Below the pieces are notes generated by a model. It was not told the origin of the DNA and did no database searches. It saw nothing but the letters and a program-made list of their open reading frames with translations. The translations under genes were made by a program, and so were the position numbers. From Dehalococcoidia bacterium (GTDB taxonomy: Bacteria > Chloroflexota > Dehalococcoidia > Lucifugimonadales > Lucifugimonadaceae), in NCBI GenBank assembly GCA_963662485.1, contig OY759581.1, positions 1,488,001-1,552,000 on the forward strand: a DNA stretch of 64,000 nt, written 5' to 3'. Below, piece by piece: positions 47,903 through 57,138 of this stretch (position 1 is its first letter; each line of letters starts with the position of its first letter).

Positions 47903-48853
47903 ATGTTGGCAGAAATCGATAAATCTACCCGTAGCGACGGCGCTATCGTTTCGCTCGACTCGGTCTCGAAATGGTTCGGAAACGTCGTCGCCGTCAGCGA
48001 TGTCACGCTAACGATCGGTTCCGGCATCACGGGACTACTCGGGCCCAACGGCGCGGGCAAAACCACGCTGCTCCGCATGATTTGTGGGCTCTACGCCGCG
48101 TCCGAAGGCGAAGTGCGTTTACTTGGAACCGATCCGCGCACCGATCATGGCGTCTATCGGCGCATCGGCATCATGACCGAAAATGAATCCGCCTACGAAT
48201 TCATGACTGGGTTGGAATACGTTCGCCTTTCGGCTCGTCTGAAAGACCTGCGCCGCGAAGATAGCCACCTGCGGCAGGCGATAGAACGCGTCGATATGTC
48301 GTTCGCACTCGACCGCAAGATCTCGACATATTCGCGCGGCATGAGACAGCGAATCCGTCTCGCCGCTGCTCTGGTCGGTGACCCTGAATTATTGATACTT
48401 GACGAACCGCTAAACGGAGCCGATCCGACGCAACGCTTGCGATTTCAAGAGATTTTGCACCGATTCTCTGCCGAGGGGCGCTCGGTGATCATCTCGTCGC
48501 ACATCTTGGAAGAAGTGGAGGATGTCAGCGACAGTGTCGTTCTTGTGGTCAACGGCAAACTCGCAGCGCAAGGCGATTTCCACGCGATTCGCGCCGCTCT
48601 GGATGACCGCCCGTACCACGTCAAGATCGAGTGTTCGGACCCTAAACAACTCGGCGGTGAACTCGCAAAACAACCCTCCGTGCAGTCGATACAGTTCGAT
48701 CCCGACGGCTCGATCGTCGCGCTGACCACTAACGTCGCTGTTCTCCAGCTAGATTTACCGGTTTTGGCACAGCGTCTGGGCATCCGTTTGACGCGCGTCC
48801 AACCGATTGACGACTCCCTAGAGAGCGTTTTCTCATACCTGGTGGAAGGCTGA
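47903..48853 (+). CDS. ABC transporter ATP-binding protein (second copy)
   Basis: Carries Walker A (GPNGAGKTT), the signature YSRGMRQR and Walker B (LLILDEPL). Confidence 0.9.
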   Translation: MLAEIDKSTRSDGAIVSLDSVSKWFGNVVAVSDVTLTIGSGITGLLGPNGAGKTTLLRMICGLYAASEGEVRLLGTDPRTDHGVYRRIGIMTENESAYEFMTGLEYVRLSARLKDLRREDSHLRQAIERVDMSFALDRKISTYSRGMRQRIRLAAALVGDPELLILDEPLNGADPTQRLRFQEILHRFSAEGRSVIISSHILEEVEDVSDSVVLVVNGKLAAQGDFHAIRAALDDRPYHVKIECSDPKQLGGELAKQPSVQSIQFDPDGSIVALTTNVAVLQLDLPVLAQRLGIRLTRVQPIDDSLESVFSYLVEG

Positions 48854-49593
48854 TGGGCACAATCGCAGAAACGATTTTCGTACTCACTTTCCGGCAATCC
48901 GTTTCGGTGAAGCGCGGAATTGTGCTACTGCTGGTTTGCGGCATCCCGCTCTTGATCGCCGTTGTCGCGTCGTTGACCGGAGTTGAATGGGGCGACGATC
49001 AAATCCAAGGTTTGATTCAGTGGGTCATTGGTTACACAACACTGCCGTTGGTTTCGCTGATCGTCGCCGCGCCGGTATTCGCCGATGAGATTGAGGACCG
49101 AACTTTCACGAACCTTATGCTCGCTCCGATCGCCCGATGGAAAATCGCCCTGCCCAAAGTCGGCGCCGCCGTGTTGATCGTCGCCGTCCCGTTGATCATC
49201 AGCGTTTTCATCGCAGTAGTTCTAGTATTTGAAACGGAAACATACAACGCCGCTATCGTCGCAGCATTCGGCATGTTGATCGGAACCGTCGCGTTCGTGT
49301 CGCTGTTCTCATTTGTCGGCACCTTAACCACCCGCGCTGTCGTTTTCGGCATCGTCTACGTCTTCGGATTCGAAACAATCGTATCTTCGACAATCCCCGG
49401 CTTGAAGTACATCAGCATCAGCGGTAACACGCTGGCGATCATGCAAGAGTTGAGCTCCACGCTGGTTGATGCGCCCAAATCTGGTTCCACCGCCTTGCCG
49501 CCGATCGAATTCGCCGTTCCCGCCATCATCGCCGTCATCATCGTTTGCAACATCCTCACAGTTTGGCGCATCAAGCGCATGGACGTGCACTAG
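48853..49593 (+). CDS. ABC-2-type transporter permease (second copy)
   Basis: 246-aa ORF whose start overlaps the upstream stop in an ATGA-style overlap. It has an ADEIEDRTFTNLMLAPI block and about 6 TM helices. Confidence 0.8.
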   Translation: MGTIAETIFVLTFRQSVSVKRGIVLLLVCGIPLLIAVVASLTGVEWGDDQIQGLIQWVIGYTTLPLVSLIVAAPVFADEIEDRTFTNLMLAPIARWKIALPKVGAAVLIVAVPLIISVFIAVVLVFETETYNAAIVAAFGMLIGTVAFVSLFSFVGTLTTRAVVFGIVYVFGFETIVSSTIPGLKYISISGNTLAIMQELSSTLVDAPKSGSTALPPIEFAVPAIIAVIIVCNILTVWRIKRMDVH

Positions 49594-49697
49594 CAACACG
49601 TTCGCATATCGCGTCCAGCTAACCTGACGGCCCTGACTGGGATTGTCTACATAGAAGGCGACGGTGCTCACCTACAACCCAATCCGGTTCAGCGGAA

Positions 49698-50111
49698 TCA
49701 GCCCATTAGATTTCTAAAGCCTTCTTGCTCGAAATCGCGATCAGTCGTGACAACGGTTTCGATGCCAGAACGGCGCATGACCGTCATGCCGATGCAGTCA
49801 ACCATGCTGTAATGCTTATCAGGCCGAGCTTCGTAGAGTTCGATTGCTTCCCGGTAACACGCATCGTCAACCGGTACGACGCGGTAGTTTGGGCCGTCGA
49901 GGACATCTTTGGCGAACGTCGCGGTACGTCGCCGGGCATCGCCGGTCCCGCGGCTGAAATGTGCAAGGAACTCGTTCAATACCGCTCGCGTCGTGAACAG
50001 CGTCACTCGATGATCACTGACCAGTTCGCGTTGCAATCGAATCGCTTGAGCACTCGCGACGTCGGTATGGTCCACTATCGCGATTAGGAACCCGGAATCG
50101 ACGAATATCAA
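49698..50111 (-). CDS. PIN-domain ribonuclease toxin (VapC-like)
   Basis: Carries the acidic PIN residues in IFVDSGFLIA, LNEFLAH, SMVDCIG and TTDRDFE. I prefer the TTG at 50111, which forms a TTGA overlap with the partner stop and mirrors the ATGA overlap of the paralogue. The tracked ORF starts at GTG 50120. Confidence 0.85.
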   Translation of the reverse strand: MIFVDSGFLIAIVDHTDVASAQAIRLQRELVSDHRVTLFTTRAVLNEFLAHFSRGTGDARRRTATFAKDVLDGPNYRVVPVDDACYREAIELYEARPDKHYSMVDCIGMTVMRRSGIETVVTTDRDFEQEGFRNLMG

Positions 50112-50482
50112 TCTTGCCACGGGTATTTGTCGCGTTTCGGGTAGCCGTAAAGGTAGTGATCCAGATTGAGCGAACCGTCATGCGGAAAAGAATCCCGAGA
50201 CTCCTGAGACATGGTCTGCCAAAGCACCTGCCCGAGGCCGCCTAGATGCCCTGGTATGAACTCGCCGTCGTGGACGAAAACTCGCTCGCAATTCGGCATG
50301 CGCCTGCGCATCGACTCGACGGCGACGACGACATCTTCGTCAATCTCGTAATCGCCGGTGATTGCGTCCATGACGATCCACTGACCGTTCAGCGCGTCAC
50401 CGAGCTCCGGCACGATGCGTTCGCGGTACATCCGCTTCGCGCGGCCGATGATCTCGGCTTCTCTTTTAGTGTACTCCGTCAT
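50108..50482 (-). CDS. 124-aa putative antitoxin partner of the PIN toxin (no recognisable DNA-binding fold)
   Basis: It lies immediately upstream of the PIN gene and overlaps it. It has a GQWIVMDAITGDYEI segment and a C-terminal NLDHYLYGYPKRDKYPWQD tail. Confidence 0.65.
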   Translation of the reverse strand: MTEYTKREAEIIGRAKRMYRERIVPELGDALNGQWIVMDAITGDYEIDEDVVVAVESMRRRMPNCERVFVHDGEFIPGHLGGLGQVLWQTMSQESRDSFPHDGSLNLDHYLYGYPKRDKYPWQD

Positions 50483-50647
50483 GTGTCCATTCTAACGGTA
50501 AGAGTTCTAGCGAGTTGGGCTCAATCTAGTGCCTCGGGTACACATCCGATAGGTAGAGCGCACCGACGCGCCCGTAAGGGAACATCTGCATCTGATCGAG
50601 GGAGACGCGATTTTTCAACGTGTTGCGCCATCAATAGACTTTCCAAC

Positions 50648-51070
50648 TCAGCCAACTGGACGCATCAGGTTGGTGAATCCTTCTTGCTCAAAATCGCGAT
50701 CCGTGGCTACCACGTCTTGGATCCCAAGGCGACGCATCAGTGTCATACCGATGCAGTCGACCATACTGTACCGCTTGTCAGGTCGCGCCTTGTAAAGTTG
50801 AACGGCATCCCTGTAGAGTTGATCGTCAATCGGTACAACTCGGTATTTTCGACTGTCAAGGATGTTCTCAACGAAATTCGCGGCTTGGTTCCTTGTGCCG
50901 CCGTCTCCTCGACTGAAATGCGCAAGGAATTCGTTCAACGCTGCGCGCGTCGTTAACAACCTCACCCGTTCGTCAGGGTTGAACGCTTCGAATAAGGCGA
51001 AAGCATTGCCGCTAGCATCATCAGTTTCGTCTAGCAAGGCGATCAAAAACCCGGAATCGACGAAAATCAT
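50648..51070 (-). CDS. PIN-domain ribonuclease toxin (VapC-like, paralogue)
   Basis: The ATG at 51070 overlaps the partner stop (ATGA) and gives MIFVDSGFLIALLD.... The LNEFLAH, SMVDCIG and ATDRDFEQEGF blocks are conserved with 49698-50111. Confidence 0.85.
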   Translation of the reverse strand: MIFVDSGFLIALLDETDDASGNAFALFEAFNPDERVRLLTTRAALNEFLAHFSRGDGGTRNQAANFVENILDSRKYRVVPIDDQLYRDAVQLYKARPDKRYSMVDCIGMTLMRRLGIQDVVATDRDFEQEGFTNLMRPVG

Positions 51071-51441
51071 TCTTCCCAAAAGTACTTCTCGCGCTTTGGG
51101 TAGCCGTAAAGGTAATGATCAAGGTTCAATGACCCGTCGTGAGGCACCGAATCTTGGGACTCTTTGGGCAGACTCCGCCACAGAACCCTACCGAGTCCTC
51201 CGAGGTGGCCTGGGATAAACTCGCCGTCGCGATAAAAAACCCGCTCGTAGTCGGGTATCCGCGCTTCCATCGCATCCATCGCGGCGACGGGGTCATCGCT
51301 CATCTCGAACTCGCCCGTGTTTGCGTCCATGACGATCCATTGACCGTTCGGCGCGTCACCGAGTTGCGGTTCGATTCGTTCACGAAAGAGACGTTTCGCC
51401 CGTTTCATGATCGGCGTTTCTTTGTACTCGTGTTTCGCCAT
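51067..51441 (-). CDS. 124-aa putative antitoxin partner (paralogue of 50108-50482)
   Basis: 79 of 124 positions are identical to the other partner in my ungapped hand alignment. The GEFIPGHLGGLG and HDGSLNLDHYLYGYPKR blocks are identical. Confidence 0.65.
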   Translation of the reverse strand: MAKHEYKETPIMKRAKRLFRERIEPQLGDAPNGQWIVMDANTGEFEMSDDPVAAMDAMEARIPDYERVFYRDGEFIPGHLGGLGRVLWRSLPKESQDSVPHDGSLNLDHYLYGYPKREKYFWEE

Positions 51442-51555
51442 GACCCCATTGTAGCGGCATCAGTCACACGTTTTTCACCGTCGTCTGTCTGAGATTAACC
51501 GTGTGCGATACTGTAACGCGTCCGACTCGCCAAGTCTGGCGGTTCGATCTCTCTG

Positions 51556-53058
51556 ATGTCCACCTCCCGCTCAGTTCCGCAACCCGCGCCTGCCGAAGCG
51601 GTGTGGGATCCCGCGGCGCCCGAAAACGCTTGGTACAAGTGGCGCGCTTTTTGGGCCGTCGGACTCTCGCTCGTAACGATGGTTATGAGCTTCAGCATCG
51701 TTTTCCTTGCGCTACCGGCGATCGCCGAAGATTTCGGCATCACATTCAGAGAAGCGTCACTCCTGGTAATCGCACAATCGCTAACGGTCAGCGCATTCAT
51801 GGTGCCTCTCGGCAAAGTTGCCGACATGATCGGACGCAAGAAATTCCATCTGATCGGTATGGCCCTTTTCGGTGGCGGCGCGATCGCCTGCGCTTTCGCC
51901 GACAACTTGCCTTTTCTGATCGTCACACGTGTCATCATGTCCTTTGGCAGCTCGATGGGTCAAGCCGTTTCGACTGCCATCACCACGTCTGTGTTTCCGG
52001 CAAGCGAACGAGGAACTGCCCTAGGCAGCCAGACCACCGCCGTCGCTATTGGTGGTGCGGCTGGTACCGTCGTCTCTGGCGTCACGCTCCAGTTCCTGCC
52101 CTGGCAGGCACTTTTCATATTCATGGCGATTCCCACCGCGGTCGCTTTTCTCTGGGGTCTATACATCCTGAAAGACGAGCGCATCGGTTCGTTCACCGGC
52201 ACCGAACGACCGCCTTACGACTGGCTCGGAGCGATCCTGTCCGCGGTTGCCACTGCGATAATCATCCTGACGATCACGAACCCTCTCGCACTCGATTGGG
52301 GCTCGCCAGTCATCATCGGTGGCGCGTTCACTGGGCTCGCAACCATCGGCGTGTTCATTTGGTGGCAACTCAAAACCCCACACCCGATGGTCGATCTTAG
52401 GCTCTTCAAAAACCGCGTCTTCAAGTACGCGATCCTCACTCGGTATTTCGCGTTTATGCGGTCATCCGCAACTATGTTTTTGTTGCCGATCTTCCTCGTC
52501 GCGTTCCGTGGATGGCCTGAGATTCTCGCTTCAGGAGTGATGCTGTTGATGGCAATCGGCATGGGCATCGGCGCACAGGTCTTTGGGAGACTTTCGGACC
52601 GATTCGGCGTCCGAATCTTCATGATCGGCGGATTTATCGTACTGATAGCAACAGGTATCGCTTTAGCGACGCTGAGCGCTACGACTCCCCTCTACTACAT
52701 CGCCATCGTCGTACTGATCAACGGTCTCGCCCAAGGTGCTTGGTCCGCGCCTAATGCATCGGCAACCATGGGTGCTGTACCGCCCTCTTCGTACGGTCTG
52801 GTCAGCGCGATAATCAATCTCACGCGCAACCTCGGCAACGTAAGCGGACAAGCCATCATCACCGCGATCATCGCCGGCGTCATGATCGCTCGTGGCTACG
52901 ACATACCGCTCGCGGAACTCGAACATACCCCTGATGCCGGCGCCGCATTCCTCGACGGTTGGCAATACGCGTACATCGTCGCTACAGTCATAGTAGCCTT
53001 AGCGCTAGTCACCTCAATCCTGACCAAACCCGGCAGATCCGAAAACGACCGGACATAA
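51556..53058 (+). CDS. MFS transporter, DHA2-like (about 14 TMS)
   Basis: 500-aa polytopic ORF with the motif A-like GKVADMIGRKK. Confidence 0.9.
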   Translation: MSTSRSVPQPAPAEAVWDPAAPENAWYKWRAFWAVGLSLVTMVMSFSIVFLALPAIAEDFGITFREASLLVIAQSLTVSAFMVPLGKVADMIGRKKFHLIGMALFGGGAIACAFADNLPFLIVTRVIMSFGSSMGQAVSTAITTSVFPASERGTALGSQTTAVAIGGAAGTVVSGVTLQFLPWQALFIFMAIPTAVAFLWGLYILKDERIGSFTGTERPPYDWLGAILSAVATAIIILTITNPLALDWGSPVIIGGAFTGLATIGVFIWWQLKTPHPMVDLRLFKNRVFKYAILTRYFAFMRSSATMFLLPIFLVAFRGWPEILASGVMLLMAIGMGIGAQVFGRLSDRFGVRIFMIGGFIVLIATGIALATLSATTPLYYIAIVVLINGLAQGAWSAPNASATMGAVPPSSYGLVSAIINLTRNLGNVSGQAIITAIIAGVMIARGYDIPLAELEHTPDAGAAFLDGWQYAYIVATVIVALALVTSILTKPGRSENDRT

Positions 53059-53076
53059 CGTTTCTGGAGGAAATCC

Positions 53077-53829
53077 GTGAGCACCGAATCACTCGAAGGC
53101 AAGATCGCGTTGGTAACCGGCGGCGGTACTGGCATCGGCAAAGGCATCGCCCGCATCTTCGCGAATAATGGAGCGAACGTGACCATCGCGGCGCGCAACT
53201 TGGAGCGTCTCCGAGCAACCGCCGATGAACTCTCCGCGGAGTCCGGCACCAGCGTAACGCCTCTATCGATGGACGTAACCGACGAAGACAGCGTCGCAGC
53301 CGTTTTCAAATCCGTCATGGAGGCCCACGGCCGCCTCGACATCCTAGTCAACAACTCTGGCTCCATAGAAGGCGACCCGATCGAGCAACTCTCGTCCGAG
53401 AAATGGCTTCGAGTGATGAACACGAACGTCACGGGCATGTTCTACTGCACCAAAGAAGCGTTCAAGATCATGCGCCCGCAAGGCGGCGGTCGCATCATCA
53501 ACATCGGCAGCATCGCCGCGCAACGGTCACGTCACTCGGCGGCTGTGTACACCACTTCCAAACACGCCGTCTGGGGTTTCACTCAATCGGCAGCGTTGGA
53601 AGGCCGCGACATCAACATCTCGGTCTCCGCGTTGCATCCGGGCAACACGATGGTCGAACGACGCGCTGACGCGCGCTCCGGCTCCGGTCGCGACGAGGGA
53701 CCCGAACCGATGATGGACGTCGATAACATCGCCCGCACTGCACTCCTGATGGCGACGCTACCACCAGACGTCAACATGCTCGAAGCAATCGTAATCCCGA
53801 ACGAGCAGCTCTACATCGGGCGGGGGTAG
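53077..53829 (+). CDS. SDR-family oxidoreductase
   Basis: GTG start. Carries TGGGTGIGKG, NNSG and YTTSK (catalytic Y-x-x-x-K). Confidence 0.9.
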   Translation: MSTESLEGKIALVTGGGTGIGKGIARIFANNGANVTIAARNLERLRATADELSAESGTSVTPLSMDVTDEDSVAAVFKSVMEAHGRLDILVNNSGSIEGDPIEQLSSEKWLRVMNTNVTGMFYCTKEAFKIMRPQGGGRIINIGSIAAQRSRHSAAVYTTSKHAVWGFTQSAALEGRDINISVSALHPGNTMVERRADARSGSGRDEGPEPMMDVDNIARTALLMATLPPDVNMLEAIVIPNEQLYIGRG

Positions 53830-53935
53830 AATACGGAGACGCGCGTTCGGTCGTGTCAATCGACCTATGACGACAAATCAACCGTTCGAAGCTTCGACAC
53901 CTTGTCTGACCGCGGGTACCTAATCCTGAAATCCG

Positions 53936-54259
53936 ATGAAGCTGCTACCAAAATCGCCCAAGCAATCTGACGGTGCGGTCAACCACCGGGCGACGATGAC
54001 GTCCCCATATCCGATCGTCAATGACATGCTAGCGTCAGACGGCATCGACGCATTGTTGCACAACATGGAGATCGAAATGTGGTCCGCCGAACAACTCCAG
54101 GACGCTATGGACCCCGGAATGACCGAAGGACATTACGTTGAAGCCGTTTGGAGCGATGCTTGGAATCACATCGGTTCGGAATTATCTCGAGTGTTGCAAC
54201 GGAGAATCGATGCACTGCCGGATAGCGACCGGCGGCAGTTGCGTCACGCTTCTGAATGA
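53936..54259 (+). CDS. hypothetical protein (107 aa)
   Basis: Its stop overlaps the start of the next gene (ATGA). I recognised no family. Confidence 0.4.
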   Translation: MKLLPKSPKQSDGAVNHRATMTSPYPIVNDMLASDGIDALLHNMEIEMWSAEQLQDAMDPGMTEGHYVEAVWSDAWNHIGSELSRVLQRRIDALPDSDRRQLRHASE

Positions 54260-54705
54260 CTCTAGTCCCTGACCATAGCTCGGAAGATCCTTCCTCCGCG
54301 GAAAGTGATTCCGATGAATCTTTGACGATCGTCGCCCGCAGGTCTGTCGCTTATCAGTGGGACGGGCCTCCACCTGAGATACTGGCCGAATACGAAAAGG
54401 TCGTTCCGGGATCGGCACAAGCCACGTTTGACGAATGGCGAGCAAGTTTAGAGCACCGACGGGCCCAAGAAACGGCCAACCTCGAGGTCGTCAGAAACAA
54501 CCATCGATGGGCGCCGGCGTTCCGACTCGCCACACTCATTGTCGTCATCGCCGGTGGATTGCTCGCGGTGTTGCTCGACGAACCAGCGATGGGTTGGTTC
54601 CTCGGATTGGGTGGCGCTTTGAGTTACCCCGTCGGTTCAGCGATGCTACGGATATTCCGCGGGCGCGGAAATGGTAGCCGCACTGATCAATCCAACGACT
54701 CTTGA
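54256..54705 (+). CDS. DUF2335-like membrane protein
   Basis: The segment PPPEILAEYEKVVPGSAQATFDEWRASLEHRRAQE matches my memory of the DUF2335 core. Two TM helices follow it. Confidence 0.6.
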   Translation: MTLVPDHSSEDPSSAESDSDESLTIVARRSVAYQWDGPPPEILAEYEKVVPGSAQATFDEWRASLEHRRAQETANLEVVRNNHRWAPAFRLATLIVVIAGGLLAVLLDEPAMGWFLGLGGALSYPVGSAMLRIFRGRGNGSRTDQSNDS

Positions 54706-54811
54706 TGCGGTCTTTTCCCTCCCGCAAACTAACACTCGAGAGTGCCTCAACTCAACCCGCGATATACTGCAATACGGCAAGCGAGCCCAAGCTACTCATC
54801 AGGAGAACGAG

Positions 54812-55531
54812 ATGTACATCCTCATGGTCCGACTTAAGGTCAAAGAAGACCGTATCGACGACTTCATAGAAGCTTCCATCGGCGACGGCGTTGGTTCCGT
54901 CCTCGGTGAAGCGAACTGCTACCGCTTCGACATCATCCAAGACGACGAAGACCCGACAAAGTTCGCGTTCTGCGAGGTCTACGAAGACGAGGCGGCGTTC
55001 CAGTATCACACCATTGCGTACCACTTCCATCAGTGGCGCGATGCGTCCGCGGACATGTTTTCCGAACCCGCGGAGGTCTCGTTCTGTCGATCCGTATACC
55101 CAGCCGGTCCAGCCGATTGGGACGCGTATCGCCCAGGCGCCGTCGATGATCCGGCGTTCCAGAAAGGCACGCTCCACGTTATCCACGCGCCGCAGTATGT
55201 CCAAGCCGACAAGGTCGACGACTTTATCGCCGCGGTAACTCTGGACGGCATCGGTTCGACGCACGAAGAGCCCGGTTGCCTGCGTTTCGACGTCTATCAG
55301 AACGTCGACGATCCGACCGAGCTGTATCTCTACGAGGTCTACGCAAACAGGGACGCGTTTGACTACCACGTCGGGACTCCGCACATCAAACTGTGGCGCG
55401 ACACTGTAGCCGACTGGTACGACGAGGAACGACGAGACGCCTCTATGGCTGGAAACATGGGCGCACGCCGCGGTCGCAACGTCTGGCCGCCCGACAACTG
55501 GAACTGGTCATCCGGCAAACCGGCGTTTTGA
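54812..55531 (+). CDS. tandem ABM (antibiotic-biosynthesis-monooxygenase-like) domain protein
   Basis: The ATG at 54812 follows an AGGAGA. There are two repeats of the ferredoxin-like pattern (CYRFDIIQDDEDPTKFAFCEVYEDEAAFQYH and CLRFDVYQNVDDPTELYLYEVYANRDAFDYH). Confidence 0.75.
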   Translation: MYILMVRLKVKEDRIDDFIEASIGDGVGSVLGEANCYRFDIIQDDEDPTKFAFCEVYEDEAAFQYHTIAYHFHQWRDASADMFSEPAEVSFCRSVYPAGPADWDAYRPGAVDDPAFQKGTLHVIHAPQYVQADKVDDFIAAVTLDGIGSTHEEPGCLRFDVYQNVDDPTELYLYEVYANRDAFDYHVGTPHIKLWRDTVADWYDEERRDASMAGNMGARRGRNVWPPDNWNWSSGKPAF

Positions 55532-55610
55532 TCTCGTCGTTACGTTCGAAACCTCTCCCCGCAGCGTAGGCCGGTCGGCGGATTGAACACCCGCCGGCCA
55601 ACCAAAACCC

Positions 55611-55755
55611 ATCATTGCGGCGAAAACTCCGTCATGCCGGCTAAAAACGCGTCATTCCGGTGAAAACCCCGTCATTCCGGTGAAAACCCCGTCATTCCGG
55701 TCAAAATCGCGTCATTCCGGTCAAAACCCCGTCATTCCGGTGAAAACCGGAATCC
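55611..55755. repeat. tandem array, 20-bp unit GTCATTCCGGTGAAAACCCC, 7 copies, the last closing into the hairpin ATTCCGG-TGAAAA-CCGGAAT
   Basis: Units start at 55611, 55631, 55651, 55671, 55691, 55711 and 55731. The first two are degenerate. Confidence 0.95.
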
Positions 55756-55828
55756 AAAACGCGTTACGACGGCTTTGGGGTTTCCCGCGTTACGGGAGAG
55801 ATGATCGTTCGACAAAGGGGCATCAAAA

Positions 55829-56824
55829 ATGCCGAACAAACTCCGTGTCGTAGTTAACCGCCGTCCTGACGCGGACGATGATGTTGCGCCATTCCCGGTG
55901 TCCGAACCGGTCGAATGGGTTTTCGCAGAGTACCGTGACAACAAACCCGCGCCCGAGGCTCTGATCGGCGCCGACGTGTATATCGGTACCGATTTCACGC
56001 AAGAGATGGGCGCGGCTGCCGACTCGCTCAAAGCGATACTAATCGCCGCCGCTGGATACGACCGCATCGATCCTGAGGCAGTTCCTGCAGGATGCATCGT
56101 CGCGAACGCGTATCACCACGAAGCGCCAATCGCCGAATGGGTGATGGCAGTTGCTGTCGCGCTTGACCACGAACTCTTCAAATCTGATCGCACGTTCCGA
56201 GCGGGATCGTGGGAGATGTGGCCAGGTCGGCACGGCGTCTACCGCGAATTGATGGGCCGCACCTTTGGAGTCATCGGTTTCGGCGCGATCGGTCGCCGCG
56301 TCGCACGGCTTGCTCAGGCATACGAAATGCCGGTGATCGCCGCGGGACGTGCCGACCACGCGCAGGGTGAACTCTACGGCGCGCGCTACATCGGGGGAGG
56401 CAAATCAGCTCGCGAGACGGTGCTGTCAGAGTCCGATTTCGTGCTGATCTCCACGCCGCTCGGTCCGGCGACGCACGGTTTGATCGGCGCGCACGAACTT
56501 TCGCTGATGAAACCGACGGCGTATATCATCAATCCCGCTCGCGGACACATCATCGACGAAAACGCGCTTTGCGACGCACTCAAGAATCGCACCATCGCCG
56601 GCGCCGCGATCGATACTTGGTACCGATATCCCGAGGGTGCTGACGACGCGCCTCGCCCGTCTGACTTCCCGTTCTGGGAGCTCGACAACATCATCATGGT
56701 TCCGCACCACTCCGGAGCGACGCACGGCACCGCTTACCGCCGCGCCCAGACCGTCGCCCAAAACCTCGACCGCCTCACTCGCGGCGTGCCTCTGATCAAC
56801 ATCGTCGAAGAGATTTCTCGGTAG
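55829..56824 (+). CDS. D-isomer-specific 2-hydroxyacid dehydrogenase family protein
   Basis: 331-aa ORF with the NAD-binding motif GVIGFGAIGRRVA and the later blocks INPARG and PHHSG. Confidence 0.9.
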   Translation: MPNKLRVVVNRRPDADDDVAPFPVSEPVEWVFAEYRDNKPAPEALIGADVYIGTDFTQEMGAAADSLKAILIAAAGYDRIDPEAVPAGCIVANAYHHEAPIAEWVMAVAVALDHELFKSDRTFRAGSWEMWPGRHGVYRELMGRTFGVIGFGAIGRRVARLAQAYEMPVIAAGRADHAQGELYGARYIGGGKSARETVLSESDFVLISTPLGPATHGLIGAHELSLMKPTAYIINPARGHIIDENALCDALKNRTIAGAAIDTWYRYPEGADDAPRPSDFPFWELDNIIMVPHHSGATHGTAYRRAQTVAQNLDRLTRGVPLINIVEEISR

Positions 56825-57138
56825 CGTAAATCGTTCATGCCGTGTTGAACGGCGCGAACCAAGACGTTTCGCATCGAACGCGCCCGCGCCACGAACGGGT
56901 TAGGCGGCGGATTGACGCTGAGACTCCCGCGTTGGCAAAGCGTAATTCCTCTGCCAACCCACTCGAATCAAACGCGCATGGTGTGCGAAAATTACTTTCT
57001 ACAGCGTCGGCGCAACCCTGACCGACCTCGACCTACAAGACCGCAAGCACCACTTACCACTCAGCCATGCTACTGATGGATGAACCGCTAAACCCGTCGC
57101 TCAGCGCGCCCAATGGAGCTCAAACCAAAGGCGGAATT

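Noticed and set aside
51442-51555. A CUGAGA motif upstream of the MFS gene that might indicate a second TPP riboswitch. I also checked upstream of thiD (5941-5958) and of the NMT1-like gene (60855-60990).
   Set aside because: None of these regions has an ACCUGAUC...AUGCC...GCG block or P2/P3 pairing. The thiD upstream gap is only 18 bp.
55570-55600. GC-rich hairpin (GGCCGGTCGGCGG..CCGCCGGCC) after the ABM gene as an intrinsic terminator.
   Set aside because: The stem is imperfect and bulged, and it is followed by AACCAAAACCC rather than a U-tract.
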